DNA of 64,000 nt. Origin: the human T2T-CHM13v2.0 reference genome, Homo sapiens. The stretch's first letter is position 1. Each line of letters opens with the position of its first letter. Positions 13,971-27,745 of the stretch are shown here, piece by piece. The DNA lies in assembly GCF_009914755.1 (NCBI RefSeq), contig NC_060941.1; one strand, given 5' to 3'. The position numbers and the translations under genes were made by a program. The notes under the pieces are model-generated. The model saw only the letters and a program-made list of their open reading frames with translations, did no database searches and had not been told where the DNA came from.

Positions 13971-14071
13971 ATATATGTTTGTTTCTGAGCTCATATGAGA
14001 GTAAGTTATAAACAACTTAATGCTTTACTCTGAAATGCTTCAGCATGTATCTATTAAAAAACAAGATTCTT

Positions 14072-14583
<512 letters not shown>

Positions 14584-14644
14584 GAAATCCACCATATTCT
14601 CCGTAACCAAACTGGAAAATGATTCTTAAGAAAGTAAACACTGG

Positions 14645-14985
<341 letters not shown>

Positions 14986-16206
14986 TTAACATTCAAAGTC
15001 CCCGAATTGTCTCAAAAAAATATCCTCTATTACTTTTTATTTTCACTTTGGAAGAGATCCTTTCTAATACTTAGCTCATGTTCTCTGCGGCACCTGGCCA
15101 GAGCCGCACACAATTATTTGCCCGCAATTAAGAACAGCACTGCTTCTTGCTTGAGCCTGTTTGGTTGGAATTTTGTGGTCCTAGCTCTTTATAGTGAAAG
15201 GTAAGTTAATTTGACAGAGCATAGGTCAGCCTCTGGCTCCCAATGAGCTCCCTTTGCCACATATCAGTTAGACTTTGTGACTTCTTTGTGTATGTATATT
15301 AAGATTTACCTTTTGCCGAGTACCTCAGCCCTTCCCTGGACTTGTATTTCACGAATGAGCGAGCCATCAGGTTGTTTTGGTAAAAACATCAAGGTGAGTT
15401 TTTTAAAGGATGATAACACAAAAGGGCATCCTCAGAGGTAGGGGATCAGCCTGGCTGGCTTGACGGTGGCCTTCAGTTGTTGCTTTTGCCGAACTATGAA
15501 AGGAGGCACAGAGAACGCGGTGTGCTGAGAAAAACAGCGACAAGGATTCCTTTTTGTTGCTGTTTCATCAGTGGTTTGTGGCAAGCAAACATGAGTAATC
15601 ACTTAAATTGGTGAGGCTCAAAAAGGCAATTGAGCTGACCCGGAGTCTGATTTCCTCAGGGAGGCCTTCTGGGGAGCAAAGGTCAGCGACAGAAACAATA
15701 ACTGAAGGCTCTGGGCCTCGCAGCTCACTGCGCTTTTCCATTCTGTACGGGTGATTTGCCAAGGTAAACTCTTCTGGATGAATGAGGCCTCTCCCCAGTC
15801 ACTTTCCCTCCAGCTTTGACTGGAAAAGTAATCGCAGTGTAGGTAATGGGGGCCAGGCCCCTCTAAATAAGAAGTACCTACAAATCCAAGTCCAGGCATG
15901 ATCCGATGTGGCAAATCTCACAAGTATAATCCAAATGTCTGCTCACTCACTTTTCAACTTTGGTACTGTACTCTCACACAGCTTCCCCAGTTCTCGTGAA
16001 GCAATTTCAATTTCACTTATTTATTACGAAGGTTTGGAGGGTTGCAGGGAGATATTACAGTAAGGGAGCTCCAGCTTTGCTAGCTTCTGTCTACTCCCCC
16101 TGCAAATTTCCCAAATTTCTCACTGTCTCCCCCTAAAAGAAAATCGTATGTCATTATCCAAGACAACTTAGCCTGACCCAACACCTACATTGAAATTTCT
16201 GTATCG

Positions 16207-16634
16207 TATCAAAAAAAAAAGAGCCAGATAGTAGTTAAAATATAACTTTAAAAAAAAACAGTTTTATTCAGAAACTATTTATTGCAATAAAGGAAAAGAG
16301 ACTTTCATATCTAAGCTCAACTCCAAATACAGCAAGTAAAAACTAGGGGGTTTATCGTCAAGGAGCAGGTTGGATGGATGGAAAATTGCTAGAAGGAAAC
16401 GCCAAGAAGAGAAGGGGAATTCTGGCTAAACAGACTTAACATGATTCTTGCTGAAGAGCAGGCCAGGGTAATCAGATTATCACCTGGGGCATTCTCCCCA
16501 AAATGACTTAGCAGGATTCTTGCTGAAACTGGGGGATGGACAAGGATGGACTGTGAAACCCAAAGTCAAAGTCCAGTTAAGAAGAGGACTTAGAGGATTT
16601 TTACTAAAGTTTGGTCAGGGAGACAGTCTCCATC
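16207..16634 (-). mobile_element. MER31 (ERV1) solo LTR
   Basis: gagccagatagtagttaaa...ttttattcag...attgcaata...ggatggaaaatt...actaaagtttggtcagggagacagtct matches reverse-complemented MER31 as recalled. Confidence 0.8.
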
Positions 16635-16899
16635 AAAATCCACCATTCACTGTGCTTGGCAAGCACAATCCTCCATTAGCTTCTGCTGGAAGGTATGCTT
16701 TATGAGGGAAATCAAGACAGGTTGTGGTTTCTGTCTGCTAGAGCTTAGGATCCAGCAAGAGATCATGATTTCCATTGCACAATTAAGGATAACACAAAGC
16801 AGAAAGAAATATGCACTACTGCTTTTATAACTTTTCTTCTTTTACATCCGTCTTCCTTTTCATGCCAAACCAAGAAAGCAGAAAACCTAACATCTTCCA

Positions 16900-17437
16900 T
16901 GATAGAGTTAGGACCTTTGGGTTACAAGAAATGGAAACTCCAACACAAACCCAAGTGATTTAAGCTGGAAGGGGCTCTAAACGGCTCTGAAAGCTGGAAA
17001 CTCAAGGAGGTTGAGCTAGCTGTAGGCACCACTTATTTCAGGGGTCAGGTCATGCTACCAGAATTATATTATTTATCTCTGGAGTTGTGTCCAGGGCCAA
17101 GTTCTAAGTGGCAGATCCCACAGCTTAAGGCTCACATGAAGTGGAGAAGAGTTGATTCTCCTATTCATCAAGTGAAAGCCTTAGAATTGTGAATTGTGGG
17201 CTCTGATTAATCTGACTTGTTCAATGCCTGCCCCTGAATAAATTAATATAGTGGGGGTGGGGGATGGGGATATAGGCACAAGGGCAAAGGATGTGCTGAC
17301 TACTCTCACCAAGGTCATGCTCTACTCCTGAAGGTAGAGGAGTTGTCAATGGGTGAAAGTAGGATGAAGGTTTTTTCCAAAGGGAAATTGACATAAGGCA
17401 GAGTGAACGGTTGCTGGGTGAGTCAGATATCTGCTAC
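16900..17437 (-). mobile_element. Old ERVL/MaLR-type LTR (MLT1-late or LTR33-like)
   Basis: gttaggacctttgggttacaagaaatggaaactc...ggctctgattaatctgacttg...ttttccaaagggaaattg. Confidence 0.55.
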
Positions 17438-17466
17438 CTTAAGTAGTAGACAATAAATCACAGAGG

Positions 17467-17760
<294 letters not shown>

Positions 17761-18317
17761 AAATCACAGAGGAATTATATCCTAACTATGAAAAATTGAG
17801 CTGCCCCCAACACCCTCAAAGCAGTGTAAACTGGGGTCTGTCTTCCTCGGCTGCTGACAACAGTTTATCATTCTGTCTCTGGGATGGCACCCATGCACCT
17901 GAGGCAGCTGATCTTCAAGATTCCAAGGTGGGCACCCCATTTTCATAGCAGTTCTCCTCGAACCAGCCCAGTGCTCACCACCCAGACAATCCCGTACCCC
18001 TAGCCAAGTAGCAGCACTCACAGGCTTTGCTTCCCTGACACGGGACAGAGATGATTCTTCTCCGTTGGGGCTTAACATACTTGCCCCATTTCTTCACCCA
18101 GAATTTCATCACCCTGTGATGACACTCTGTGGGGTCAGGTTCAATGATTGACAGTAAAACTTCTTCATCCACAGTTTTTGTCCCCTTGGTTTTTATTTTG
18201 AATTAGTAGTGGGAGTCATTGAGCCAAAGTCACCATTGTTGCCGTCATCTACACTACTAGTAGCATTATTATTACTCTTATGGCCACTGCTGTTTTTATT
18301 GTTAAGAATGATGATCT

Positions 18318-18618
<301 letters not shown>

Positions 18619-20478
18619 TTACCATCTACCAGAAGTCAAAATAGGAAATACAGAATGAAAACTTAAACATGAATCTCCAATACTACCTAAGACAGAAAGA
18701 CAATACCTTTGGCAGACCTAGTCATGAAAACGCATTTGCAGTGGGCCTTTGAAAGGGAGTGGCTATGTCGAACGTGAGTATTCTGGTTAATCAAAAGCTT
18801 TCTCCTAATAAATTGGTATCATGCTTCCTAGAGTTATCTCTCCTACATCTATCTAGAGTGAATTGTTCACCAGGATTCTGACAATACTTAGAAAACTGTC
18901 TAACTAGGCCCGAATAGAAATATCCTTGAGCTTTTCCCATTTGATTTTATTTCCGAATATTGATTATTTTGAACATTGCATCTCTGCCTGTGTTTGTATC
19001 AGAGCTTCTAAGAAGTTCTGGGTATTTGATTATAAGTTCCTTGATGGTGTTTATAATGATTGGCTGCTTAAATATTTTGTGAACAAAACATCGTCTGGGA
19101 TTTGCATTTAGATAATGGGGGTTTCTATCATGCCAGTATCTCCCAAAACAATCTAATGAAAACCTTTCCCTCTAAATCAAATTTGCCAGATGTTTGACTG
19201 TATTATTTAAATTTAGTGTGGCTTTTGATGCATAAGGAAGGGAACCCTGAGAAATGTAAAGTTAGGATTATTGTGTCAAATTTGAAAATCCCTGTGCTGA
19301 GCAGATGCTGAATGTTTTTTATCTATTTCCATAACTGCATTTAAAAGGCATTAAGTGTTGTGACCATGGGGTGGTTTTTGCTTGGTTTTCTTCATCAATT
19401 TTGTATGTAATATAATACATTTCAAACATATATTTTTATGGTATTGCATTTAGGAAGGAGAAACTTATTGTTTTACATGAGACTCGTTGACAGCATGATG
19501 CCATGTTAATGATAATGGCCTTTAAAAATGTTCCGCATTCAGAAGCATTCCCATCCAAAGCTACACCCTTTAAATCATTCTCCTCACTTGCACCATCACT
19601 GTAGGAAAACAGCGCATTAACCTCCATACTATTATTATCACTAGTCTCATTTTATCCCAGCACTTATTCAGAGCCAACACAGCCCAGAATGTGGAATGAG
19701 ATGGACCCCTGGGCCTCATTTTCTGAGCCAGATTACAAAGGCTTCCATTACCTGCTATGTTCATGCTCTTGTGAGTTACGAAGTCTGCAGCTGAAATTTC
19801 TAGGTCAGGTCTTAAGATTGGTGTCATGAAGAGAAACACAAAACAAAGCTTGAAGACTTCAAGACTTTTCATGGGGTCAGGGGTGCAAATAAGATTTTTG
19901 GAAGTAAGAATAGACCTAGAATGGTTGTTTTCACTAAAGAAAAAACAAACACAAGTACAAGCCTCCTCCCCCAGCCATCATATGTGTGAAAATGAAAAGA
20001 GGACATTAGAATCCAAGAAATGCATAGGTTAAGATGGTCTGTGAATAACTTACAAGGGAAAAAAAGGAAGAAAAAGAAAACTGCCAGTAGGGACCCTAGA
20101 TTAAATAACTACAGGAAGGACATGGTAGATGATACCAGTGAGGTGTCAGCCTTCATTGAGAGATGGGCACAGCAATAGCAATAACATTCGCAGCACAAGG
20201 CAGGTAGTTTTGTCTGCAACAGCCATTGTGGCTGTCGGCAATCCCTATTGCCAGACATTTGTGCTATAAATTTGTGTGTATAAATATGAATACATGCAAC
20301 TGGAAGGCCATCATTCTGTGGCCTCCATTTGACAGAGGTCTCAGGCACAAGGTTTGGGAAATTAGCTTTCAGAGAAATAAAGCTTTATGAGAAAGAAAAA
20401 TGAGACACTAGTGATAAATAAAACTTAAACTCTGTGTAAGATGAGTGGCTTTTTATTTTTGGTTGTTTAAGAAACAAC

Positions 20479-20842
20479 TATTATGGTCTGAATATTCACA
20501 TTCCCCTAAAGTTCATATGTTGAAATCCTGACCTCCAAGAAGATGGTATTAGGAGATGGAGCCTTTGGGAGGTGATTAGGTCAGAAGGCAGCGACCACAT
20601 GATGGGATCAGTATCCCTATAAAAGAGACCTCAGAGAGACCCTCCACTCCTTCCACCACGTGAGGATGCAGTGAAAAGACGCCCTCTATGAGCAAGGAGG
20701 CAGCCCCCTACCCCCAGACACAGAAGCTGCCAGTGCCTTGATCCTGGATTTTCCCATCTCCAGACTGTAAGGTCTAAGTTTCTGTTGTTTAAGCCATCAA
20801 GTCTATGGTATTTTGTTATGGCAGCCTGAACAGACTCAGAGA
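20479..20842 (+). mobile_element. MLT1A/MLT1A0 MaLR solo LTR
   Basis: tatggtctgaat...ttcatatgttgaaatcct...gcctttgggaggtgattagg...ggtattttgttatggcagcctgaacagact. Confidence 0.9.
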
Positions 20843-22099
20843 GTGACTCTTTATTTTAATTGTACACATATTCAAGATTTTTCATTAATTTTTTTAAGGA
20901 AGGCTTTAACTTCTAAGGGAAAGAATTGACAGATCGATAACAGAAGCAGGCTGACTATTTTGTGCTTCCCTCAATGGCCAACATAATGACATCTAAGGAA
21001 CAGAATGGAGTGGAGAAGCACAGTTGACTGTGGCCATGGCATCCCCAGTGTCTCCTGAGAACACTGGACTTTCGGGACTTTCTTGGACTTTCGTCACAAG
21101 AGGACGTTCCTTTACTTATGTGTAGGATTCCATGGGCGCCTATTTCCCAGCCTGTGTAAGTCTCATCCCAGTACCATCTCAGGGAAGTACTTCACCACTT
21201 TCGCTGTTTGCCAGGGCCCTCTGGGAGAAAGGAGGTCGTTGGTAACTACAGCAAATGCCTTGGCACCCCTGTCTCTGCCTCCATCCACTAGTGCTCTGAT
21301 CAGTTGCAGAAAGTGGAAAGTACCCTCTTTCCCACCCAGTGTTTTTTGGGCACAATGGGCCTTCCCTGTCAAAATGGGCCCTTTGTATTTTGCCATCACT
21401 GCCTACTCTTTTGAGGGTTGTATGAGGCTATTGCTATCATGATGCTGTTGCAGAGAGTCCCAGTTGAGCCCAATCAGAATTGCATCGGCTGGCACATGTT
21501 CATATACAAGGGACTTTTGGTTTTGGCAAAAGGAGGCTGGTCCTTGGATACTACCAGAGAGATAAGAAGGAAGGAGAGGCTTAGCCTGAGTCTAAATAGA
21601 ATAGAAAGAGATGGCAAATTAACTTCACCAAGTTGTAATGCTAGAGGTAGAGCTAGGGTCAATGTCAGACAGCCCTTTCTACCAGCCTACATTGCTGCCT
21701 CCAGAACAAAGGTCAAGGGATTGTTTTACCTTGAGTGGATAAGACCTCAGATTCAGGCCTCAATAATTTTTGATAACCATATTGCAAGAGGAATAGTAAT
21801 AGATTCTAGGGTCTTAAGAGGAGAGGAATCAAAAAAGCAGAAACTAGGTCTTCTGCCTAAGAGTCAGAAGATGTAATAAGAAAGAGAAGAAAGTGATAGC
21901 TTTCTTCAAGAACTTACAGAAAGATTCAATGTCAATGTCATTGTAGGGTTTGCATAAATGGTAGTCATATGGAAAACTCTTAGCTTCTGTTTTTTAATGA
22001 AGAATGTTTTATGTATGAGTAGTGAGTTTCATATCCTGAAATACTTCCTAAAATCTATGCAAATGGATCCAGTTAATTACTTTTCAGGGATGTTTAAGA

Positions 22100-22280
22100 A
22101 TTTCTCAAAATATGGTTCATGGGCCAGCAGCCTCCCCATCACCTAGATCATATGAGAATTGCAGATTCCCAGTCCCCTTCCCAGAACTACTGGGGAAAAC
22201 TCTGGGTGTGGGGCCCAGTAATCTGTGTTTCACAACCCCTCCTAGTTCATCTGATTCATGCTAAATGTTGAGACCCATGA
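22100..22280. mobile_element. MER5A (hAT-Charlie)
   Basis: ttctcaaa...ccagcagc...atcacct...tgcagattccc...gggcccagtaatctgtgttt...ttgagaccca. Confidence 0.82.
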
Positions 22281-22436
22281 TTGCAGTGAAATAATTGCAT
22301 CTGTATCCTGCCCTCTAAACATTAGTCTCACCTTATTCTATGTGCTCATCACAGTGCTTGGACTATGATAGGTACACTCTCCTTTATTGTTTGATGAATA
22401 ACTGAATTCACTCTTGCTCCCAAAAGTGGTAGCAAG

Positions 22437-22585
22437 TTTCTCAAATGTGGTCCTTAAAGCACGTGTATCATTTTAACACAGACTGTTTGTTAAAACTCCA
22501 ATTTTAGGCCCCTCCACTCCACTACACACACAACTTTAGGATCCAAATGTCTGGGGAAGGGCCCAGAAATGCTTATTTTAAATAA
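22437..22585. mobile_element. MER5-family fragment, continued at 23241-23285
   Basis: tttctcaaatgtggtcc...tgttaaaa...ggggaagggcccagaaat; continuation cattttaaacaa...agtgattcttttgca. Confidence 0.6.
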
Positions 22586-22599
22586 TTACTATCTTTCAC

Positions 22600-22890
22600 T
22601 CTTTTCTTCTTAAAAATTAACATTTTTATAGAATAATTAAGAAATACATCCACGTGGTACAACATTCAAGACATACAGATGAGGGTTCAACGAAGAGTAA
22701 ATCTTCCGGTCTCCCTATACCCATCTACCCAGGTCTCCTCCCACAATGCAAGTACAGTAAGCTGGGGGTGTTTGTTTATTTGTTTATGTATTTTTTTCAG
22801 AGATTTTATACTTAAACAAGCAATCTTACACACATATACTACAAAAATGTATGGTCTTTCTGTCCCTGGAATTTTTTCTCTCAACTACAT
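22600..22890 (-). mobile_element. Old L1ME-like 3' fragment
   Basis: aaatacatccacgtggtacaacattcaa...gtaaatcttcc...tttttcagagattttata. Confidence 0.55.
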
Positions 22891-22904
22891 ATCTGGAATA
22901 TTCA

Positions 22905-23239
22905 TTTTTGGGTGTTTTTTTGTTTGTTTGTTTGTTTGTTTGTTTGTTTTTTTGACAGGGTCTTGGGGTCTTGCTCTGTCACCCAGTCTGGAGTGCAGTG
23001 GTGCAATCATGGCTCACTGCAGCCTTTACCTCCCGGACTGAAGTGATCTTCCCACCTCAGCCTCCCGAGTAGCTGGGGCTACAGGCAGGCGCACCACCAC
23101 GCTTGGCTAAATTTTCTTTTGTGTAGAGATGGGGTTTCACATGTTTCTCAGGCTGGTATCAAACTCCTGAGCTCAAGCGATCTGCCTGCGTCAGCCTCCC
23201 AAAGTGCTGGGATTACAGGCATGAGCCATGTGCATGGCC
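22905..23239 (-). mobile_element. AluJ with (TTTG)n tail
   Basis: gcaatcatggctcactgcagcc and ctcctgagctcaagcgatc, AluJ diagnostics. Confidence 0.95.
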
Positions 23240-24839
23240 GAGAAATGTACATTTTAAACAAATTTGCCAAGTGATTCTTTTGCAAGCAGTTAAGAATTAT
23301 GTTTTTGGATTTTTTGACAGAATGTGAAAGATGTGTTTCTGTAAGTTATGTATTCCTCAGATGGTTGTAGGTCAAATTTTAGTTTCTCCTGTATCTAGGA
23401 CTTCAAGTTGTGAATCAACGGTAACTGACTTAATGAGCTAATATTTAATTTATACTTATTCTTAGATTCTTATTTTGTGGATATCATATGTAGTAAAACC
23501 ACTTAGGGGAAGAGATCAGGTCTTTTCTTTCTGTTCAAACCCAATGTTTTGTGGCACAGGGTTGGTGTCGAGGAAGTAACTGTTGAGTGAACGAGCCAGC
23601 ATTTGGAATTCATGGCTGACCACCAGGAAGACTGACTGATTGTATGGGCCTATTGATTCTGATGGTATGGACACCTAGTAGACTCATAAGTACTGAAAGT
23701 ATGGGGACTCATGAGGGAGACAAAGGATTTCTAAGCCTCTGTCCTGCTTCACACACTTCTCTCTTTCTAGGTGTGTAGAGCCTAAGACAATTCAGTGTAG
23801 TGTGGTTGGCAGTCAAGACCAGTAAGTCAGCAAACATGGCTATGCCTTCTGAAGGAGCTTCCTCGATATCTGGGCAGGTTACTTGTAATAAAGGAGATGC
23901 AGCAGCCAAACAAACAAAAACCAAAACCACCCTTCATTCAGCCAGTACCTCAGGGAAGAGACCAGTTCCACCTCCTACGAGACTTCTTGGAAGTTTCACA
24001 GCTCTCCATCTTTCAGACGAAAGATTCAAATAAGTGAAATGTCTCATATTTCTTAATGTATGCAGATTATCATTCCTACTCATTCAGCAAGGCAAATCAA
24101 ATGGAGGTTATAAAAAAGAATATTTTTTTCTGATACTTTACCCTCTCTAAAATACAAAGATTGAATTTAAAAAACCCTCAGTGAAACCTGAGAGTATCAA
24201 CCAGGCCCTCCCAGCTCCTTTAAAGACAAGAACTAAATTTGGGTTATTAAAGAATAAAACTTCAAGTTGTAGTGTAAAGACAAGGGACTGTTAGGCATAG
24301 AATTAAAGGGCCATGGAACTGTCAGAGAACTGAATCAAAGGATGCCTTTTCCAAGTTATCCCTTTTGCTAGGCATTCTGGAAGAGGTCTGCGCCTGGGGT
24401 AGCCCAGTTAGGTCTTGGAGGAGGGAACCAAGAGTACACCAAGCAGGTACCACATTCTTTTGCTGCTGTCTGGTTTACTGGTTTACAGGTCATCCTATCT
24501 ATTCCAGTGCCTCCACCTGCAGGAATGCATTAATGATAAAATGCAGAGAGCAATCCCCACTGGTAGGATGACCCAGGAGTTTTAATAACAACGTGAACAT
24601 TAAAAAACTTGGGAGAATGAAACCAATTTTAACATAATAGAAATCAAGTTTGTGAGAGTAGGAGTTGAAATTGTATTGTATTAAAGTGCTTTCTTTTGAA
24701 AAAGAAATCTCCAAAAACTTTCCATGGATGATTTCTAGTCCTCCACAAGGTCTTTGTTATAGAAAAGTTTCTGCTTTCATCCGTGATTGATTCCCAGAGT
24801 TTCACCTCTGTGCCTCAAATTAATGTCTGACCTTCAGTA

Positions 24840-26140
24840 CAATTCAATTCAATAGATATTTAATCATCACCTAGTGCAGCCAAGACACTATGGCAAGCAC
24901 CTTGAAGATCCATAAAGGAGCAAGGCAAGAGACATAAAATATCAGAGAAGAAACGGGTTTTAGAAAACATTCATGAATTCCTTGAAATAAATATTGAATC
25001 ACTACTATGTGCCAACCCTAGTATCTCCCTAGAAAACCAATGACATAGCATTAAGCCAAGACAGGCAAGATCTCTTGTTGCCCTGACCCAGGGGTGCATC
25101 CTGGAGTTATTCTGATCCGGTCACTCTTCATACAATCATGGGAATACAGGTAATTCTGATGTATGCGCTAGCTTAGAACCAGAGGTACAGCACCATTTTA
25201 CCGTTATTAAGTTGAGAAAACTAGGGATCAGAAATAAGTTGTGATGTCCTCAAGGACTATGTATTATTTAATGCCAAGTCACAGTAAGACCTTGAATTTC
25301 ATACCACACCATGCCATGGCCTGGTTACAAGTCATGGACACAGGTGACCATAAAAATAGATCAAACCTGATGAGGGCTCTAGAAAAGGTCCAGAGTACAT
25401 CAGGACATAGATAGAAACCACTGCTAGAGTAGTAATGAAAGATGCCAGTTGAAAGGACTTTGAGAAAAGTTTTGAAGGATGATAAGCCCCAGGCATGGAT
25501 GGGGAATGGCTGGTGGGGAGAAGGAATTCTAAAAAGAGGGAAGAAAGGGATGCCAAGGAAGAACAAGACAGGTTATAAGAAAACTAAGTAGCTCAATTAG
25601 GTAGAACAATGTTCCAAAGTGTGAAATAAGAAAACTTTAGGTGGTGTCCAAAGAGAGCATTAAGTAATCTGGATTGACAGAGTGAGGAAGCTTGGCGAGT
25701 CAGGAAGGTGTTTCATGTAGTCTAGGCATATAAACTTTTCTTTGAAAAATTTTAATTTATGGAAAATAGGTTAGAGAAAAATATTAGGTAAATAGAGATG
25801 GTATGCAACTATGACAAAAATTAAGTATGAAAGAGATTGGGAAAGGAATAGCAGATGAGATTAAAAGATAGTCTGTGTACTGAATAATGCACTGAGTTTG
25901 GGCTTTGATTGGTAATCAGAAGTGAATTCTAAGGATGTTTTAAAGAATTGCCACAAGCAGCTATGGTTTAGGAAAATGACTTTGGATGCAGAATAGAGTA
26001 CAAATAGAAGACATAGGCAGTAGAAAGGCCAAGATGACCATTGAGTCTACAGTCATGGAAGAAGTAACAAGCATGTGGACTAGAATACTGACAACAGAGA
26101 CAACAGAAATGTAAAAGGGTGTGTATAAGAAAAACATCAG
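24840..26140 (-). mobile_element. Patchwork of L2 fragments, with a MIR (~25190-25260) and a possible hAT MITE (~25605-25830)
   Basis: ttcaattcaatagatatttaatc, cactactatgtgcca, tatggtttaggaaaatgactttggatgcag; all highly diverged. Confidence 0.5.
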
Positions 26141-26154
26141 TGAGTAGGAAACCA

Positions 26155-27512
26155 TATGACCTTCATCAAAATGAAAAACTCTTCTGCTTCAAAGAGCACC
26201 ATCAAAAAAGTGAAACTTACAGAATAGGAAAAAGCTTTGTAAATCATACATCTGATAAAGGACATACCTAAAATATATAATAAAGTCTTACAACTCAACA
26301 ATAAGGAGACAAGTAACCTGATTAAAATTAGACAAAGGACCCAGGCACAGTGGCTCATGCCTGCAATCCCAGCACTTTGGGAGGCTGAGGCAGATGGATC
26401 CTTTGAGGTCAGGAGTTCGAGACCAGCCTGGCCAACATGGCAAAACCCCATCTCTACTAAAAATACAAAAATTATCAGGGCATGGTGGTACATGCCTGTA
26501 ATTCCAGCTACTCAGGAGGCTGAGGCATGAGAATCACTTGAACCCGGGAGAGGGAGGTTGCAGTGACCCGAGATCACACCACTGCACTGCAGCCTGGGTG
26601 ACAGAGAGAGATTTTGTCTCAAAAAATAATAATAAAAGTAAAAATATAGTAAAATTGAACAAAGGATATAAATAGGTAGGTGTTCAAATAAAGTTCTGCA
26701 AATAGCCAACAAGCACACAAAAAGTGCTAAGTATCGTATCATTAGACCTCAGGGAAATGCAAATCAAAACTGCATTGAGATACTGCTTCACACCCACCAG
26801 AATAGCTGGAATCAAAAAGACAGATAATAACAAGTGTTGGTGAGGATGTGGAGACATTGGAACCCATATAATACTGCTGGTAGGAATGCGAAATGGAGTG
26901 GTCATTTTGGAAACAGTCTGGCAGTTCTTCAGATGGTTAAACATGCAATTGCTATATGACCCAGTGAGTTCATTAGTAGGTATATACCCAAGGGAAATAA
27001 AAATACATATTTATTCAAATGTTTGTTAGCCAATGTTTACAGTAGCATTATTTGTAATAGCCAAAAGAGGTGGAGATAACGCAAATGTCCATCAAGTGAC
27101 TAAATGGGTAAATAAAATGTGGCATTTAATACAATGGAATATTATATTACTGTAAAAAGGAATGGAGCAATATACGTATTACAACATAAATGAACCTTGA
27201 AAACCTTATGCTAAGTAAAAGAAGCCAGATACAAAAGACCACAGTTTATAAGATTCCATTTTTTCCCTTGAAGGCAAATCTATATAGAGAAAAAAGTAAG
27301 CTAGTTTAGCTCTGGTAAAGATGAGATCATGAAGGTTCATAGTTAAAGGGTGTGGGGTTTCTTTTTGAGGTGATGAAAATGTTTTTAAATTGACTGGTGG
27401 TGGTTGCATATATCTGTGAATATATCTTTAAATCATTGAAATGTACCCCTTACATTGGTGGATTATATGATATGTGAATTATATCTCAAGAAAGGTGTTT
27501 TAAAAAAATAAA
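26155..27512 (+). mobile_element. L1MB 3' portion, interrupted by an Alu
   Basis: cttcatcaaaatgaaaaact...gggaaatgcaaatcaaaac...tgaaccttgaaaaccttatgctaag...tgtgaattatatctcaa followed by an A-rich end. Confidence 0.92.
26338..26640 (+). mobile_element. Full-length AluS inside L1MB
   Basis: dimeric Alu; degenerate TSD aaaattagacaaagga/aaaattgaacaaagga. Confidence 0.96.
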
Positions 27513-27745
27513 AACATCTGATTTGTGGCTGGATTTAATGGAACCCCCCATGGCTAACAAATTTGCAAGATTCAAAATTCAGTACAGCAAGTCAAAGTAG
27601 CTCTAACTTAGATTATGCAGACCTTTCTGATCCAAGATGCCATGAGAGCACATAGTGGCAGCAAAAGGTTCTGTGGCTCTTGAAATAATGTGTCAGTCTT
27701 TCCCTCCTTCCATCCACAAAGTTTAAATGAAAATTGTCTTTTCTT

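Noticed and set aside
17975-18172. 65-aa minus-strand ORF with protein-like composition
   Set aside because: Non-ATG start, short, no recognisable homology or splice signals.
21418-21876. Longest non-repeat ORF (152 aa from TTG; 145 aa from ATG at 21439)
   Set aside because: No recognisable domain. About one ORF of this length is expected by chance in six frames of 64 kb. BLASTP, PhyloCSF or Ribo-seq evidence would be needed.
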